A DNA stretch of 32,000 bases from Staphylothermus marinus F1 (GCF_000015945.1 NC_009033.1:1260001-1292000), one strand, 5' to 3'. Numbered from the stretch's first letter, positions 9,726 to 19,876 are shown. Notes: a model not told the origin generated them from the sequence alone. Program-made: numbers and translations.

Positions 9726-10499
9726 TTCGGGATAATCATTTATGAAGCTAAGAAGATCTTTAGCAACATATTTAGGATTAATACCTGTTTTCTCTATATC
9801 TTCTATAGAATTCACACCCGTTAATACTAATAAGGTATCAGCGCCGCAGTTTATACCTAATAAAATATCAGTATCTAGTCTATCGCCGACTATTAAAACA
9901 TCTTTTCTACTCAAACCGTTCATCCTCAATGCTAGATCGAGAATCCATGGATTAGGTTTTCCTATGATTGCATCTGGTTTCTTACCTGTTGAAGCTTCTA
10001 GAAATGCTACAATACTGCCGGCCCCTGGATCGAGCCGGTTTTCTACCGGAAATGTTTTATCGGTATTAGCAGCTATGAACTTAGCACCATTACGTATCAA
10101 TTCAGTTGCATATAATAATTTATTATATGTAACAAATCTATCTAAACCAACTAAAACGTGCTGGGCAGGAGTTCCAATAGTTACTGGTAATAATCCAGCC
10201 TTTGTGCATTCATAATATAATCCCGCCTCTCCTATAATGAATATATTTGAACCACCATTCTCAACTATATATTGGGCAGCGGCGAATGCTGAATTAATAA
10301 CATTTTTCTCACTAGCTTTCAATCCATACCTTCTAATTTTGTAGACATATTCTATACGTGATCTTGTAGCATTATTTGATAAATAAATTATTTTCAACCC
10401 TGATTTTTCAAGTTTCTTTATTGCTTCAATATTATTCTTCAGAGGCTTTTCGCCACGCCAAACAACCCCGTCTAAATCAATGATAACTCCTTTATACAA
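9711..10499 (-). CDS. HAD-superfamily hydrolase, subfamily IIA (NagD / sugar-phosphatase-like)
   Basis: Motif I DLDGVVW, motif II SNN, K in GKP, motif IV GDRLDTDI. 262 aa. Confidence 0.8.
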   Translation of the reverse strand: MYKGVIIDLDGVVWRGEKPLKNNIEAIKKLEKSGLKIIYLSNNATRSRIEYVYKIRRYGLKASEKNVINSAFAAAQYIVENGGSNIFIIGEAGLYYECTKAGLLPVTIGTPAQHVLVGLDRFVTYNKLLYATELIRNGAKFIAANTDKTFPVENRLDPGAGSIVAFLEASTGKKPDAIIGKPNPWILDLALRMNGLSRKDVLIVGDRLDTDILLGINCGADTLLVLTGVNSIEDIEKTGINPKYVAKDLLSFINDYPELFGL

Positions 10500-10503
10500 T
10501 TTT

Positions 10504-10812
10504 TCACACCAGATACTTTGTTTTATTTTGTGTTTTCTCTACAAATTCATCTATTGATCTAGCGAAAATATATAGTCCATTCGGATCGTATAATAGGTCT
10601 TCGCAAACTAGGCTACTAATTTTGTTAAACAAACTTATTTTACCATATATGATCCCGTTTGTAGTCTTAACGCATAGTAGGTATTTAGGCTCATTTTTCT
10701 CATAGATAATTAGCGAATAATAGTAGCCTTGGTTTTCTTTAACTATTTTTCCATATATATTTCTAAGTTTTTCAACAAGTTGTTCTATGCTCAATTCTGA
10801 GAACCCTACCAC
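10504..10812 (-). CDS. hypothetical protein
   Basis: 102-aa ORF filling the gap between neighbours. GTG start with no SD, possibly leaderless. I recognise no motif. Confidence 0.4.
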   Translation of the reverse strand: MVGFSELSIEQLVEKLRNIYGKIVKENQGYYYSLIIYEKNEPKYLLCVKTTNGIIYGKISLFNKISSLVCEDLLYDPNGLYIFARSIDEFVEKTQNKTKYLV

Positions 10813-10862
10813 AATATTGTGGATAATATTTAAATTAATACGTTAATATAAAAAGTCCGGGT

Positions 10863-11105
10863 TTATACCTGGTATAATGCTTTTTTAACTTCGTCTGGAA
10901 CATCATCTTCTCTCATAATTTGTGCTTTAAACGGTGGTTTCCTGGTTTTAACCTGTAATACTAGGTATTTTTCGGGATCGTTAATATCGAAACTGTATTT
11001 CTCCTTTTTATCTTTCTTTTTTAATCTAATATTTAGAACCCTTACCTTGACATACCAACCATCTTTTCTCTCAACATATATATACTTGCCGTGCTTCAAC
11101 CCCAT
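10863..11105 (-). CDS. small basic hypothetical protein (K/R-rich)
   Basis: GAGGTG lies 8 nt upstream of the internal ATG (MGLKHGK...), so I trim the track ORF (10863..11135) to this start. No recognised family. Confidence 0.4.
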   Translation of the reverse strand: MGLKHGKYIYVERKDGWYVKVRVLNIRLKKKDKKEKYSFDINDPEKYLVLQVKTRKPPFKAQIMREDDVPDEVKKALYQV

Positions 11106-11176
11106 TATTTTAGCACCTCTTCGCCATACATACATATATTTTACCTAGTTTAAAATGGGTTTTTTACCTTGTTGCT

Positions 11177-12070
11177 TCATTTTTCGCTCCACGTATAAAA
11201 TCTACCGATCATATAATTTACAATGAATCCCAACATTACACCTATAGCAACAGAAAATAGTAGAGGAGCTCCTATAATGCCTGATAATATTGTTACAGAT
11301 GTTGTTTGTGTTATGAAGCTTCCAATCGATGCAACATGATATTTAAGCCATCGTTTAATACGTGCAAATAATCCTTTACTCAGTTTCAGGTCTCTGAAAG
11401 TCCATAGTTCGTGGAGGATGAAATTCCATGTTAAGCTGGTCTCGAAGCCCATAATTGAGGCTATGAAATGGCTTGTGGTCTGATATAAAATACTATATGT
11501 TGTTAGAAGGCTGAGCACTTGAGCTACGGTGAGATAGTTTATGAAGAATCCAGATAATCCTACTAGTGCAAACTTTATTATTCGAATAGGCTCTAAAACG
11601 GCTAACAATATTTTGCTAGGTAGTCTGCCATATAACATGTAAGTATATATATGTAGTGGAACATCATATACTATTTCAACTACGTGTTTAGCTTTATCTA
11701 CTATATCGTTGAAAGACTTTATTTTCTCATCCATTAATATATTCTTTGAAATAATAGCTGTAATGCTCAGCTTATTCTTGGTTAGAGATGCTAGGGGATT
11801 ATGTATTAGTCGACCAAATAAACGTGCTATGAATGATTTGTTTTTTCCAACTATTATGACTAAGTCTGTATTCTCATATTTCCTTGCAATATTCAATATT
11901 TCGTCTTTATAGGGATAAAGAATATCTGGAATAATGATTATTTTATCTCCATCAATCTCTCTGGCTCGGCTAAGGATCTCGCTTATTTCTTTCACACTAT
12001 TATCGCTTCTATAACCTAGTTTATCGCCAACTTTTGTTCTAATCGTTAATAGTTTGTATTTCTTCATCAA
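11177..12070 (-). CDS. membrane protein with a C-terminal GtrA-like 4-TM domain and a soluble N-terminal domain
   Basis: The C-terminal ~130 aa (FALVGLSGFFINY...HELWTFRD...) matches the GtrA-family pattern. The N-terminal ~150 aa is soluble, with no clear DxD motif. Confidence 0.5.
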   Translation of the reverse strand: MMKKYKLLTIRTKVGDKLGYRSDNSVKEISEILSRAREIDGDKIIIIPDILYPYKDEILNIARKYENTDLVIIVGKNKSFIARLFGRLIHNPLASLTKNKLSITAIISKNILMDEKIKSFNDIVDKAKHVVEIVYDVPLHIYTYMLYGRLPSKILLAVLEPIRIIKFALVGLSGFFINYLTVAQVLSLLTTYSILYQTTSHFIASIMGFETSLTWNFILHELWTFRDLKLSKGLFARIKRWLKYHVASIGSFITQTTSVTILSGIIGAPLLFSVAIGVMLGFIVNYMIGRFYTWSEK

Positions 12071-12205
12071 TGATCACTAATATCTACTGCATGGTTTCGA
12101 CGCATCCATACAATACTATACAATAATATGCTTACTCATAAATTTAATGATTTAGTAATACACTACATATAATGTAGAAACGAAATATTATGCCGGGATG
12201 AAACC

Positions 12206-12844
12206 ATGGCTTCTAATGACTGCGCCGAACTAACCAAGCTTGCCGAAGAAATAAAAAAGTGTCAAAAATGCCCACTACATCTAAGCAGGAAAAACGCTGT
12301 TCCAGGCGAGGGTCCCTGCAATGCCGAGATAATGTTTGTTGGCGAAGCTCCCGGTAGTAAAGAAGATGAAATAGGTAGGCCTTTTGTTGGTGCCGCTGGC
12401 AAGCTCCTAACCCAGTTACTAGAACTTATTGGGTTGAAGAGGCCAGATGTTTACATCACCAATGTTGTAAAGTGTAGACCGCCAAATAACCGTGATCCAA
12501 CCCCTGAGGAAATAGAAGCGTGTTCACCGTATTTAATAAGGCAAATAAAAATTATAAAACCAAAAATAATTGTTGCCTTAGGAAGACATTCAGCTAGATT
12601 CTTGTTTTCTAGAGCTGGTTTAAAATGGTCAAATATGAAGGCAATGCATGGAAAGGTATTTTCTGCGAGAATAGATGGTGTCGAAGTAAAAATTATGGCT
12701 ACTTATCACCCAGCGGCAGCCCTATACTCACCGAAGCTTCGTCCCGAACTGGAAAATGATTTCCATGTTCTTGAGCGTCTTATACAGGATATTCATGGAA
12801 AATCTGTAACTAAGTATAGAACCATACTTGATTTTCTAAAGTAG
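12206..12844 (+). CDS. udg: uracil-DNA glycosylase, family 4 (Fe-S containing, thermophile type)
   Basis: C..C..L cysteines near the N-terminus, GEGP....IMFVGEAPG..ED..G.PFVG.AG, CRPP.NR.P, and HPAA. Confidence 0.85.
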   Translation: MASNDCAELTKLAEEIKKCQKCPLHLSRKNAVPGEGPCNAEIMFVGEAPGSKEDEIGRPFVGAAGKLLTQLLELIGLKRPDVYITNVVKCRPPNNRDPTPEEIEACSPYLIRQIKIIKPKIIVALGRHSARFLFSRAGLKWSNMKAMHGKVFSARIDGVEVKIMATYHPAAALYSPKLRPELENDFHVLERLIQDIHGKSVTKYRTILDFLK

Positions 12845-14600
12845 GAGGTTTATTTCTTATTTTTCCAATAAGATATCCTATGAGAAACGATCCTATTACT
12901 AACGTAATAATAGCTGGTAAAATATCATATCTTAATTCATGCGAAGATACGATCTGAGTATGAATTGTTTTCTCAGATGATAATCTCATATATTGTCTTG
13001 TAATCATTAGCTCAAATACTAAGATTGCTAGGTTCATAGACATGAGTACTCCTAGATCATATGTTTTTTCTCCTTCTATAAGATAATCCTTTACAAGCTC
13101 GATTGTTGTTAGCATAGTTGGTGCTAAATAGCCTGTTTCCGAAGCTATTAGGTATCCTAATCCATTTATTGTTTTATTAAGATCAATTATCGTTTTAGGA
13201 GAAATAAATAGATCAAATAACCCTCTTATTGCTGATAAGTTTTGGTTTAATGTATAGAAATAATATCCTAGATATAGTATTTTCCTAGTATTACTCTGAT
13301 TACTATTAACTATGGATTTAAAATGTTTGATCGTTAAGTTTCCAATATAATTCATTGATTTTAAGTATGTAAGAGAGATATTGATGTAATCGATTATCCT
13401 ATCATAATTATCATTAATATTTGCTAAAAAATCTGGATCCGATTTATTTATGAATAGTTTTAACCAATGATTAACTGTTTGCATCCTAGCTAGACTGAGG
13501 ACATAGTATTCTGTTTTTTGAATTGGATTTGTAACATTATTACCAGCGTAATAATAGAGTTTTGACTGGCTATATCTTATGTATGCGTTGAGGAATACGT
13601 CGAAGTTCCATATATTATAGTATTTGTTGAGAAGTAAAGTTTCATAATTCTCGATTATGTCTTTTGTTTTTGTTAAGTTATGCTGAATCCATTCCTTTAA
13701 CAATGTTGGAATTTTGGGATCGCTTATGGCTTTTCTCGCTAAAATACTTGTATAAATATTTATGTATGCTCTAAACATATATGATGCCGCAGTATAGAAG
13801 TCTCCTATTGAGTAGTACTTGTTAGCTAAAAAGTAATATGTTGAACCATTAATGCTATATATGTTTATATTATGTCTTTGCAAGTATTGATCTATGCTTT
13901 TCTTTAGATTAATATATGAATAGTTGAAAGCATTTATTAAGTGTTTTATGCAGAGCTTTCCCATAACTTGTATACTAGGTAGAATCTTATCACCACTATA
14001 ATAATTATATGCATTAAACACATCAATAGCATAGATATATTTTCTCAAACTAAACCTGAAAAACTGGGGAGGACCTATAACATAGTCTAGGCCGTATCTA
14101 AGTGCAGCATAATATTTAGCATCAATGCCTGATACATTTCCAACGATAAGATTAGGTGCTACAACACCTGTTGCTCCAATCTTTGGAGAATATTTTATGT
14201 TTTTAAATAACCCGATGAATCCTAGTGTGAAAGCTAGTGTGGCACTTGTTCCCTTTAAATCAATTTCTTCTGGAAAAATTATTTTATAATTATATGACTT
14301 ATAATCTATGCCTGTTACTAATGAGGCTAGTCGGAGAGAATAATATATAGAATACAGAGTATCTTCTCCAATAACACCATTCTTTTCTACAATATCTACT
14401 TCTCCGTCTCCTGGAAAATAAGCTTGCAATGTCACATTTACTACAACGCCTACATTACTATCAGTAACAGCTAATAAGTAGGTATTAACTGAGGAAACGA
14501 GATACTCACTAGTTGTTTCAGCTATTATGGATGTTTGAGACAAGACAAGTAGTAATAAAAACATAAAAGCAACTATCTTTATTGTTTTATCAATTTTCAT
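12810..14600 (-). CDS. secreted, C-terminally membrane-anchored protein with an N-terminal Lon-protease-like (S16, Ser-Lys dyad) domain and a large Tyr/Asn-rich domain
   Basis: N-terminal signal/anchor (KIVAFMFLLLLVLS). DLKGTSATLAFTLGFIGLF...IGATGVVAPNLIVGNVSGIDAKYYAALRYGLDYVIGP parallels the Lon proteolytic-domain consensus DGPSAG...MTGEI...G.V.PIGG..EK..AA.R.G....IP. A C-terminal TM helix (ILPAIITLVIGSFLIGYLIG) is followed by KIRNK. The 3' end overlaps udg convergently by 35 nt. Confidence 0.6.
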   Translation of the reverse strand: MKIDKTIKIVAFMFLLLLVLSQTSIIAETTSEYLVSSVNTYLLAVTDSNVGVVVNVTLQAYFPGDGEVDIVEKNGVIGEDTLYSIYYSLRLASLVTGIDYKSYNYKIIFPEEIDLKGTSATLAFTLGFIGLFKNIKYSPKIGATGVVAPNLIVGNVSGIDAKYYAALRYGLDYVIGPPQFFRFSLRKYIYAIDVFNAYNYYSGDKILPSIQVMGKLCIKHLINAFNYSYINLKKSIDQYLQRHNINIYSINGSTYYFLANKYYSIGDFYTAASYMFRAYINIYTSILARKAISDPKIPTLLKEWIQHNLTKTKDIIENYETLLLNKYYNIWNFDVFLNAYIRYSQSKLYYYAGNNVTNPIQKTEYYVLSLARMQTVNHWLKLFINKSDPDFLANINDNYDRIIDYINISLTYLKSMNYIGNLTIKHFKSIVNSNQSNTRKILYLGYYFYTLNQNLSAIRGLFDLFISPKTIIDLNKTINGLGYLIASETGYLAPTMLTTIELVKDYLIEGEKTYDLGVLMSMNLAILVFELMITRQYMRLSSEKTIHTQIVSSHELRYDILPAIITLVIGSFLIGYLIGKIRNKPPTLENQVWFYT

Positions 14601-14615
14601 TTCTAAAATAACACC

Positions 14616-14672
14616 TCAGAGTAACACTGATTAATCATTGCGGGACAGCTCATATTTGCCGGGTATCATCAT
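14616..14672 (-). ncRNA. candidate C/D-box sRNA (2'-O-methylation guide)
   Basis: Minus-strand read: ATGATGA (C, 14672..14666) - 12 nt - ATGA (D'-like) - 11 nt - ATGATTA (C'-like) - 12 nt - CTGA (D, 14619..14616), 57 nt in total. GC-richer than its surroundings. A TATAAAG-like box lies about 30 nt upstream. No target identified. Confidence 0.5.
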
Positions 14673-14781
14673 TCAAAAATAAGTATATGTTTTTACAGCT
14701 CTTTATACTTATTATACTCGCTTATGATCAACTATTTATTAAACATTAAAAACATACTGTATTATAGGAGGAGGATTAACT

Positions 14782-16617
14782 ATGGCTGCACAGCAGAGCG
14801 AACAGCCTAGATACGAAAAAGATATGCCATTTAGAGAACTAGCAGATACTTTTGAGAGGATAGAGATAATTACGTCAAGGACACAAATGACTGTATTACT
14901 TGTTAATTTATTCAAGAAGACTCCTCCAGAAATAATTGATAAAGTAGTCTACCTATTACAGGGCAGATTATGGCCTGACTGGAAAGGTTTACCGGAGCTC
15001 GGTGTTGGTGAAAAAATGCTTATTAAAGCAATAGCTCTTGCTACGCAGAGCACAGAGTCAGAAGTTGAATCTCTCTATAAATCACTTGGCGATCTAGGAA
15101 AAGCAGCTGAGAAGCTTAAAGCTATATATGAAGAGAAATTGAAGAAGGGTGCTATGTCTATTCTCGCATTTGTGCCTGTTAAAAGAGAATTAACTGTGAG
15201 CCAAGTTTATGAGACATTATCGCGTGTAGCATTAGCAACAGGAGAAGGTAGTAGGGATATTAAATTAAAACTATTAGCTGGTCTATTATCGGATGCTTCT
15301 CCTAAGGAGGCAAAATATATCATTAGATTTGTCGAAGGACGCTTAAGGCTTGGTATAGGAGACGCTACTATAATGGATGCATTAGCAATAGTCTATGGTG
15401 GAGGAGCACATGCTAGACCCATTGTTGAGAGAGCTTATAATCTCAGAGCCGATCTAGGGCATATCGCAAAGATACTTGCAACTCAAGGCTTAAACGCCTT
15501 AAAAGGTATTAAGCCACAGGTAGGAATACCTATTAGGCCAATGCTTGCTGAGAGACTAAATAATCCAGTCGAGATACTGAAAAAAGTTGGTGGAATCGCG
15601 TTTGTCGAATATAAATATGATGGTGAAAGAGCACAAATCCATAAATTGGGAGATAAAATATGGATTTACTCCCGTAGATTAGAGAATATTACTCATCAAT
15701 ATCCTGACGTAGTCGATTATGCGAGAAAATATATTAAGGCAAATGAAGCAATTGTTGAAGGCGAAATAGTAGCATACGATCCAGATACAGGAGAGCTTAG
15801 ACCTTTCCAGGAATTAATGCATAGAAAAAGGAAACATGACATACATATTGCTATAAAAGAGGTTCCAGTAAAGGTGTACCTATTTGATCTATTATATGTT
15901 GACGGAGAAGATTATACTCTAAAACCTTTACCTGAGAGACGCGCTAAGCTAGTGGAAATAATAGAGCAAACAGAAACATTCCAGATCGCAGAATATATTA
16001 GAACAAATAATCCAGACGAGTTAGAGAAGTTCTTTCTCAAAGCAATAGAGGATGGCGCTGAAGGCGTAATGATTAAAGCCTTACATAAAAACGCTATTTA
16101 TCAAGCTGGAACTCGTGGATGGCTATGGATCAAGTATAAGAGAGACTATAAGAGCGAAATGATCGATACAGTAGACTTAGTTGTTATAGGAGCATTTTAT
16201 GGTAGAGGCCGTAGAGGAGGAAAATACGGCGCATTATTAATGGCATCTTATAATCCCGATAAAGACGTTTTCGAATCAGTATGCAAGGTGGGTAGTGGGT
16301 TCAAAGACGAAGATATAGATAAGCTACCGGAAATGTTGAAGCCATACATAATAGAGCATAAGCATCCAAGAGTGGTAGCACGCATGAAGCCTGACGTATG
16401 GGTTACACCTGCATTAGTAGCAGAGATCATAGGTGCAGAACTAACTTTATCACCTCTCCATACATGCTGTCTAGACATTATAAAGCCTGGAGTGGGAATA
16501 TCCATTAGATTCCCAAGGTTTATACGGTGGAGACCGGATAAGGGACCAGAAGATGCTACTACCAGCCAAGAGCTTCTAGAAATGTATAAAAGACAACTAA
16601 AGAAATTATCTGAATAA
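14782..16617 (+). CDS. lig: ATP-dependent DNA ligase
   Basis: 611 aa. Adenylation motif [11 protein letters not shown] (KxDG), EGEIV, a DGAEGVMIK-type motif, WLKYK-like WIKYKRDY, and C-terminal OB-fold region. Strong SD GGAGGAGG upstream. Confidence 0.95.
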   Translation: MAAQQSEQPRYEKDMPFRELADTFERIEIITSRTQMTVLLVNLFKKTPPEIIDKVVYLLQGRLWPDWKGLPELGVGEKMLIKAIALATQSTESEVESLYKSLGDLGKAAEKLKAIYEEKLKKGAMSILAFVPVKRELTVSQVYETLSRVALATGEGSRDIKLKLLAGLLSDASPKEAKYIIRFVEGRLRLGIGDATIMDALAIVYGGGAHARPIVERAYNLRADLGHIAKILATQGLNALKGIKPQVGIPIRPMLAERLNNPVEILKKVGGIAFVEYKYDGERAQIHKLGDKIWIYSRRLENITHQYPDVVDYARKYIKANEAIVEGEIVAYDPDTGELRPFQELMHRKRKHDIHIAIKEVPVKVYLFDLLYVDGEDYTLKPLPERRAKLVEIIEQTETFQIAEYIRTNNPDELEKFFLKAIEDGAEGVMIKALHKNAIYQAGTRGWLWIKYKRDYKSEMIDTVDLVVIGAFYGRGRRGGKYGALLMASYNPDKDVFESVCKVGSGFKDEDIDKLPEMLKPYIIEHKHPRVVARMKPDVWVTPALVAEIIGAELTLSPLHTCCLDIIKPGVGISIRFPRFIRWRPDKGPEDATTSQELLEMYKRQLKKLSE

Positions 16618-16679
16618 TCATTATAGAATAACATAGCTTGTTAGGATCAAAATAGTGAAAATAAGAGAGGTAAGTATAT

Positions 16680-17453
16680 ATGCCGATAATTACAGTGTTT
16701 GTTGGACCAGCAGGTTCAGGAAAAACAACTCTCGTAAAAACCTATTCTGAATGGCTTAGGAGAACATTATTTATGCATGTAGCAATAGTCAATCTTGATC
16801 CCGGTGTTGAAGAATTACCTTACAAGCCATTATTCGATATTCGTGAATGGTTCACACTACGAGATATTATGCGTAAATATAGATTAGGCCCTAATGGAGC
16901 ATTTCTTAAAGCATCCGAAATGCTTATTTCAAAAATAAATGATCTCTTTAAACATACACCATTTAATGATATCACAAAATGGGATATGATCCTTATAGAC
17001 ACTCCTGGTCAAATGGAGGCTTTCATATTTAGACCTGTAAGTACGGTTTTCTTCAAAATTTTGACAAAGATATCTAACCCTGTTGTAGTGTTTGTTATTG
17101 ATGCTTCAGCAATAGAAACATTATCGGATGCTGTAACACTATGGTTTCTGGGGGTTCTAACTCAAGCAAAGCTTGGATTGACCGTTGTTCCAGTAATTAA
17201 TAAGATCGATATTGCTGGTAGTAACGAACTTGCACGGTTAATCGTTGAAGAGCCGGAGAAATTAGCTGAGATGGCTAAGCACTATAGTGAAGAAGGATTA
17301 TTATCGGAGGTTGTACCGGAACTTGTAAGTATTGCTCTCAAAACCAAGGGTGCCTATAGACCAGTAATGGTTTCAGCTAAAAAAACTAATACAATGGAGG
17401 ATTTACATTATTTGGTTCATGAAGCTTTCTGTACATGCGGAGATCTTACATGA
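16680..17453 (+). CDS. GPN-loop GTPase
   Basis: P-loop GPAGSGKTT, the diagnostic GPNGA motif (LGPNGAF), DTPGQME, and NKID. Confidence 0.85.
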   Translation: MPIITVFVGPAGSGKTTLVKTYSEWLRRTLFMHVAIVNLDPGVEELPYKPLFDIREWFTLRDIMRKYRLGPNGAFLKASEMLISKINDLFKHTPFNDITKWDMILIDTPGQMEAFIFRPVSTVFFKILTKISNPVVVFVIDASAIETLSDAVTLWFLGVLTQAKLGLTVVPVINKIDIAGSNELARLIVEEPEKLAEMAKHYSEEGLLSEVVPELVSIALKTKGAYRPVMVSAKKTNTMEDLHYLVHEAFCTCGDLT

Positions 17454-17535
17454 TCTCTGCGAAAATATTTTGAAGTCAACACTCTTTTATTTATGACATT
17501 ATAATATTATATAATACTTGATATAGGGTGGTTAT

Positions 17536-18036
17536 GTGGTATTTGGAACTTTAACATCTATATTATTAATTATAGGAGGAATAATAACTGCATTAGTCGG
17601 TAAATTCTTATTAAGACTTGTAGTAGGCGTAGCATCTGGAGGATTATTGGCTTATCTAATAGTTAAACTTGTCATGTTAATGAATGGAGGAGTATTGGCG
17701 GCCGTGATTTTAGGGGTGTTAGGTTTCATTATAGGATTCTTTATAGGATGGTTTATTATTAAACTAGCTCTATCAATTATCAGCGGTATAGCTATAGGTA
17801 TAGTGATAGCGAGTTTTCTGGGCTTCATTAGTAATATAGGATTACTATTATTGACCGTTATAATAGCTATCGGTATCTCTTACTTATTATCGGAAAAAAT
17901 AATTTCGCTCATAGTAATATTGGCTGGTATTGCTATGGTTTATCTAGGATTATTAGCATTTGTATCCCCAATGATAGCAGCAGGGATCACTATAGTTTTA
18001 TTAATACTTATATTAATCGTGAAGTTTAAGAAGTAA
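17536..18036 (+). CDS. polytopic small membrane protein (Gly/Ile/Leu-rich), unknown function
   Basis: 166 aa, almost entirely hydrophobic, ending in a basic KFKK tail. GTG start follows GGGTGG. Confidence 0.5.
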   Translation: MVFGTLTSILLIIGGIITALVGKFLLRLVVGVASGGLLAYLIVKLVMLMNGGVLAAVILGVLGFIIGFFIGWFIIKLALSIISGIAIGIVIASFLGFISNIGLLLLTVIIAIGISYLLSEKIISLIVILAGIAMVYLGLLAFVSPMIAAGITIVLLILILIVKFKK

Positions 18037-18141
18037 TTTCATAAAATAAAATCTTTATAGATAAACTAATCATAGTAAAGTAGGCAAGGCTAGTATCTAT
18101 GATAGCACTATAATTCCCCTATGATAAGGTGTTAGTGGAAA

Positions 18142-19785
18142 TTGAAAATATTTAAGCCGAACAGCGAATTATCAAAATATTATTCATTTATTTTTAGGCT
18201 ACCAGGTATATATGCTGTTCTATTGTTAATAATATCTGTTAATGTTCTTTTCTTTATTCATGTCGGATATAATATACTTGTTTATATTGTGTACTTTATT
18301 TTAGTATTTTTAATAGTATCAGTTTACGGTATACTTAGTAATTCTCCATATAAACGTTTAAAGAGATCCTTATTCCTAGCATTAATTACTGAAACATATG
18401 CCTTCATAATAGGTTTTTTCGATATAGGATTAGGTATTGTTTCTTCAACTGTAATGATCATTCTCGGCATACTAGGTGTAGATGGAACAAGTATTGGAAA
18501 GTATATATTATCAATAATACCTCCGTTACTCGTTCTAATTATTTTTAACATGTACAGTTATATTCCACTATTAATAGTTCCAATATTCCTAGACTATATT
18601 ATTTATAAAGTAATGTCAATTCACAAAATAGGTAGTTATCCAGCTCCAGATCTTGGGTCTATGTTTATAAGGAATATACTTGAAAAAAAGAGAGATATTG
18701 AGAAAGTCTTTAAGGATCTAGGGGTAGAGGAGACAGTTCATCCCAGAATAATTTATAATAATAATGAATTATTCATTCTATACTCGGATATCCATTACGG
18801 CCCATTCTCAAATACAGGCAGTAGTATGTTGCCTACACTTCTATATGAGAAATTAAAGCACAGATACGGTTCGGTCGTGGTATTACATGGTATGGGTTCT
18901 CATGATAGAAACATATCTACTTTTGATGAAACAATAAAGTTTGTCGAATACATTATTGAAAATACCGATGATGCGAATAGTGAGTATATAAAGTTCTATG
19001 ATTATGAAAGGATCTCGGATGGAGAATGGGATCTATTAATTCTAGTATTTAATAGATTATCAATAATATTTATTTCAAGAAATGAAGGCATAGATGATCT
19101 TCCCTACGATTTACAAATGGAATACGAATTGAAAGCCGTTCACGCTGGTTTAGGAGACCTCATTCTTGTTGATTGCCATAATCACGAGTTAGAATCCAAG
19201 CCTAATATAGAAGCTTTAAGAAAACTACTTGATAAAGCAATAAACAAGATAAGCGAGATCAAGAGAAATAATAATGAAAAAACACTCATATATAGAGCTA
19301 AGACTATTAAAGCCCGATCACCTGGAGTAATAGGATCGAGAATAACGCTTATACAGTTAGGAGGCGATCCAGAAAAGCTCTTAACATTAATATATATTCC
19401 TGGAAACAATATGGAGCCTGGATTAAGAGAAAAAATAAGAAGTGTTCTCAGCGAAAAATATGGGGTTGTAGAAAAAAGGATCGAAGTATTTACAAGTGAT
19501 GAACATACAGAGACAGGCATTTATTCTTCTACAATATACATTCCAGTCCAATATAATGATAAGCTGTTAACAGCTATATTAAAAGGATATAAAGATCTAT
19601 TGGAGAAAGAGTTCAAAAAAGATCTCAAATATAAAAAACTGAGTGTAAAAACAAAACTAATGAAAAATACTGCTTGGAAACTATTAGAACTTGTTCACAA
19701 TTCTTTCAAACTATCCTTTATATTAATATGGTCATATGTCTTGCTAACACCGCTTATTCTCTTTTTGATTAAGCAGTTTTTGTAG
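18142..19785 (+). CDS. large archaeal membrane protein (N-terminal multi-TM block, soluble middle domain, C-terminal TM); possibly DUF2070 family
   Basis: 547 aa with about 5 N-terminal hydrophobic helices, a soluble ~330-aa region and a terminal TM. The DUF2070 assignment is from memory of that architecture only. Confidence 0.45.
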   Translation: MKIFKPNSELSKYYSFIFRLPGIYAVLLLIISVNVLFFIHVGYNILVYIVYFILVFLIVSVYGILSNSPYKRLKRSLFLALITETYAFIIGFFDIGLGIVSSTVMIILGILGVDGTSIGKYILSIIPPLLVLIIFNMYSYIPLLIVPIFLDYIIYKVMSIHKIGSYPAPDLGSMFIRNILEKKRDIEKVFKDLGVEETVHPRIIYNNNELFILYSDIHYGPFSNTGSSMLPTLLYEKLKHRYGSVVVLHGMGSHDRNISTFDETIKFVEYIIENTDDANSEYIKFYDYERISDGEWDLLILVFNRLSIIFISRNEGIDDLPYDLQMEYELKAVHAGLGDLILVDCHNHELESKPNIEALRKLLDKAINKISEIKRNNNEKTLIYRAKTIKARSPGVIGSRITLIQLGGDPEKLLTLIYIPGNNMEPGLREKIRSVLSEKYGVVEKRIEVFTSDEHTETGIYSSTIYIPVQYNDKLLTAILKGYKDLLEKEFKKDLKYKKLSVKTKLMKNTAWKLLELVHNSFKLSFILIWSYVLLTPLILFLIKQFL

Positions 19786-19827
19786 TGTAATTTAATTGTT
19801 TTCTAGGAAAATTGATAGATGTAAGAT

Positions 19828-19876
19828 GGGGGGGCCAGCCATTATCCGCCGCTCTACCAGGCTGAGCTACGGGCCC
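19828..19876 (-). tRNA. tRNA-Lys(CUU) 5' half-gene: exon covers positions 1-30 (19876..19846), followed by an 18-nt trailer (19845..19828)
   Basis: Minus-strand read: GGGCCCG TA GCTC AGCCTGGTA GAGC G GCGG | ATAATGGCTGGCCCCCCC. This gives an acceptor 5' strand, a complete D-arm with G18G19, and the first 4 nt of the anticodon stem. It then diverges into a trailer whose GGCTGGCCCCCC is the exact complement of the leader of the 3' half at 24665..24676. TTTATA box at -30..-25. Confidence 0.9.

Noticed and set aside
18090-18135. ATGATAG ... TATGATAAG box-like strings upstream of the 18142 gene
   Set aside because: They resemble C/C' boxes, but no CTGA D or D' box lies at the required spacing on either strand, and the region is not GC-enriched.
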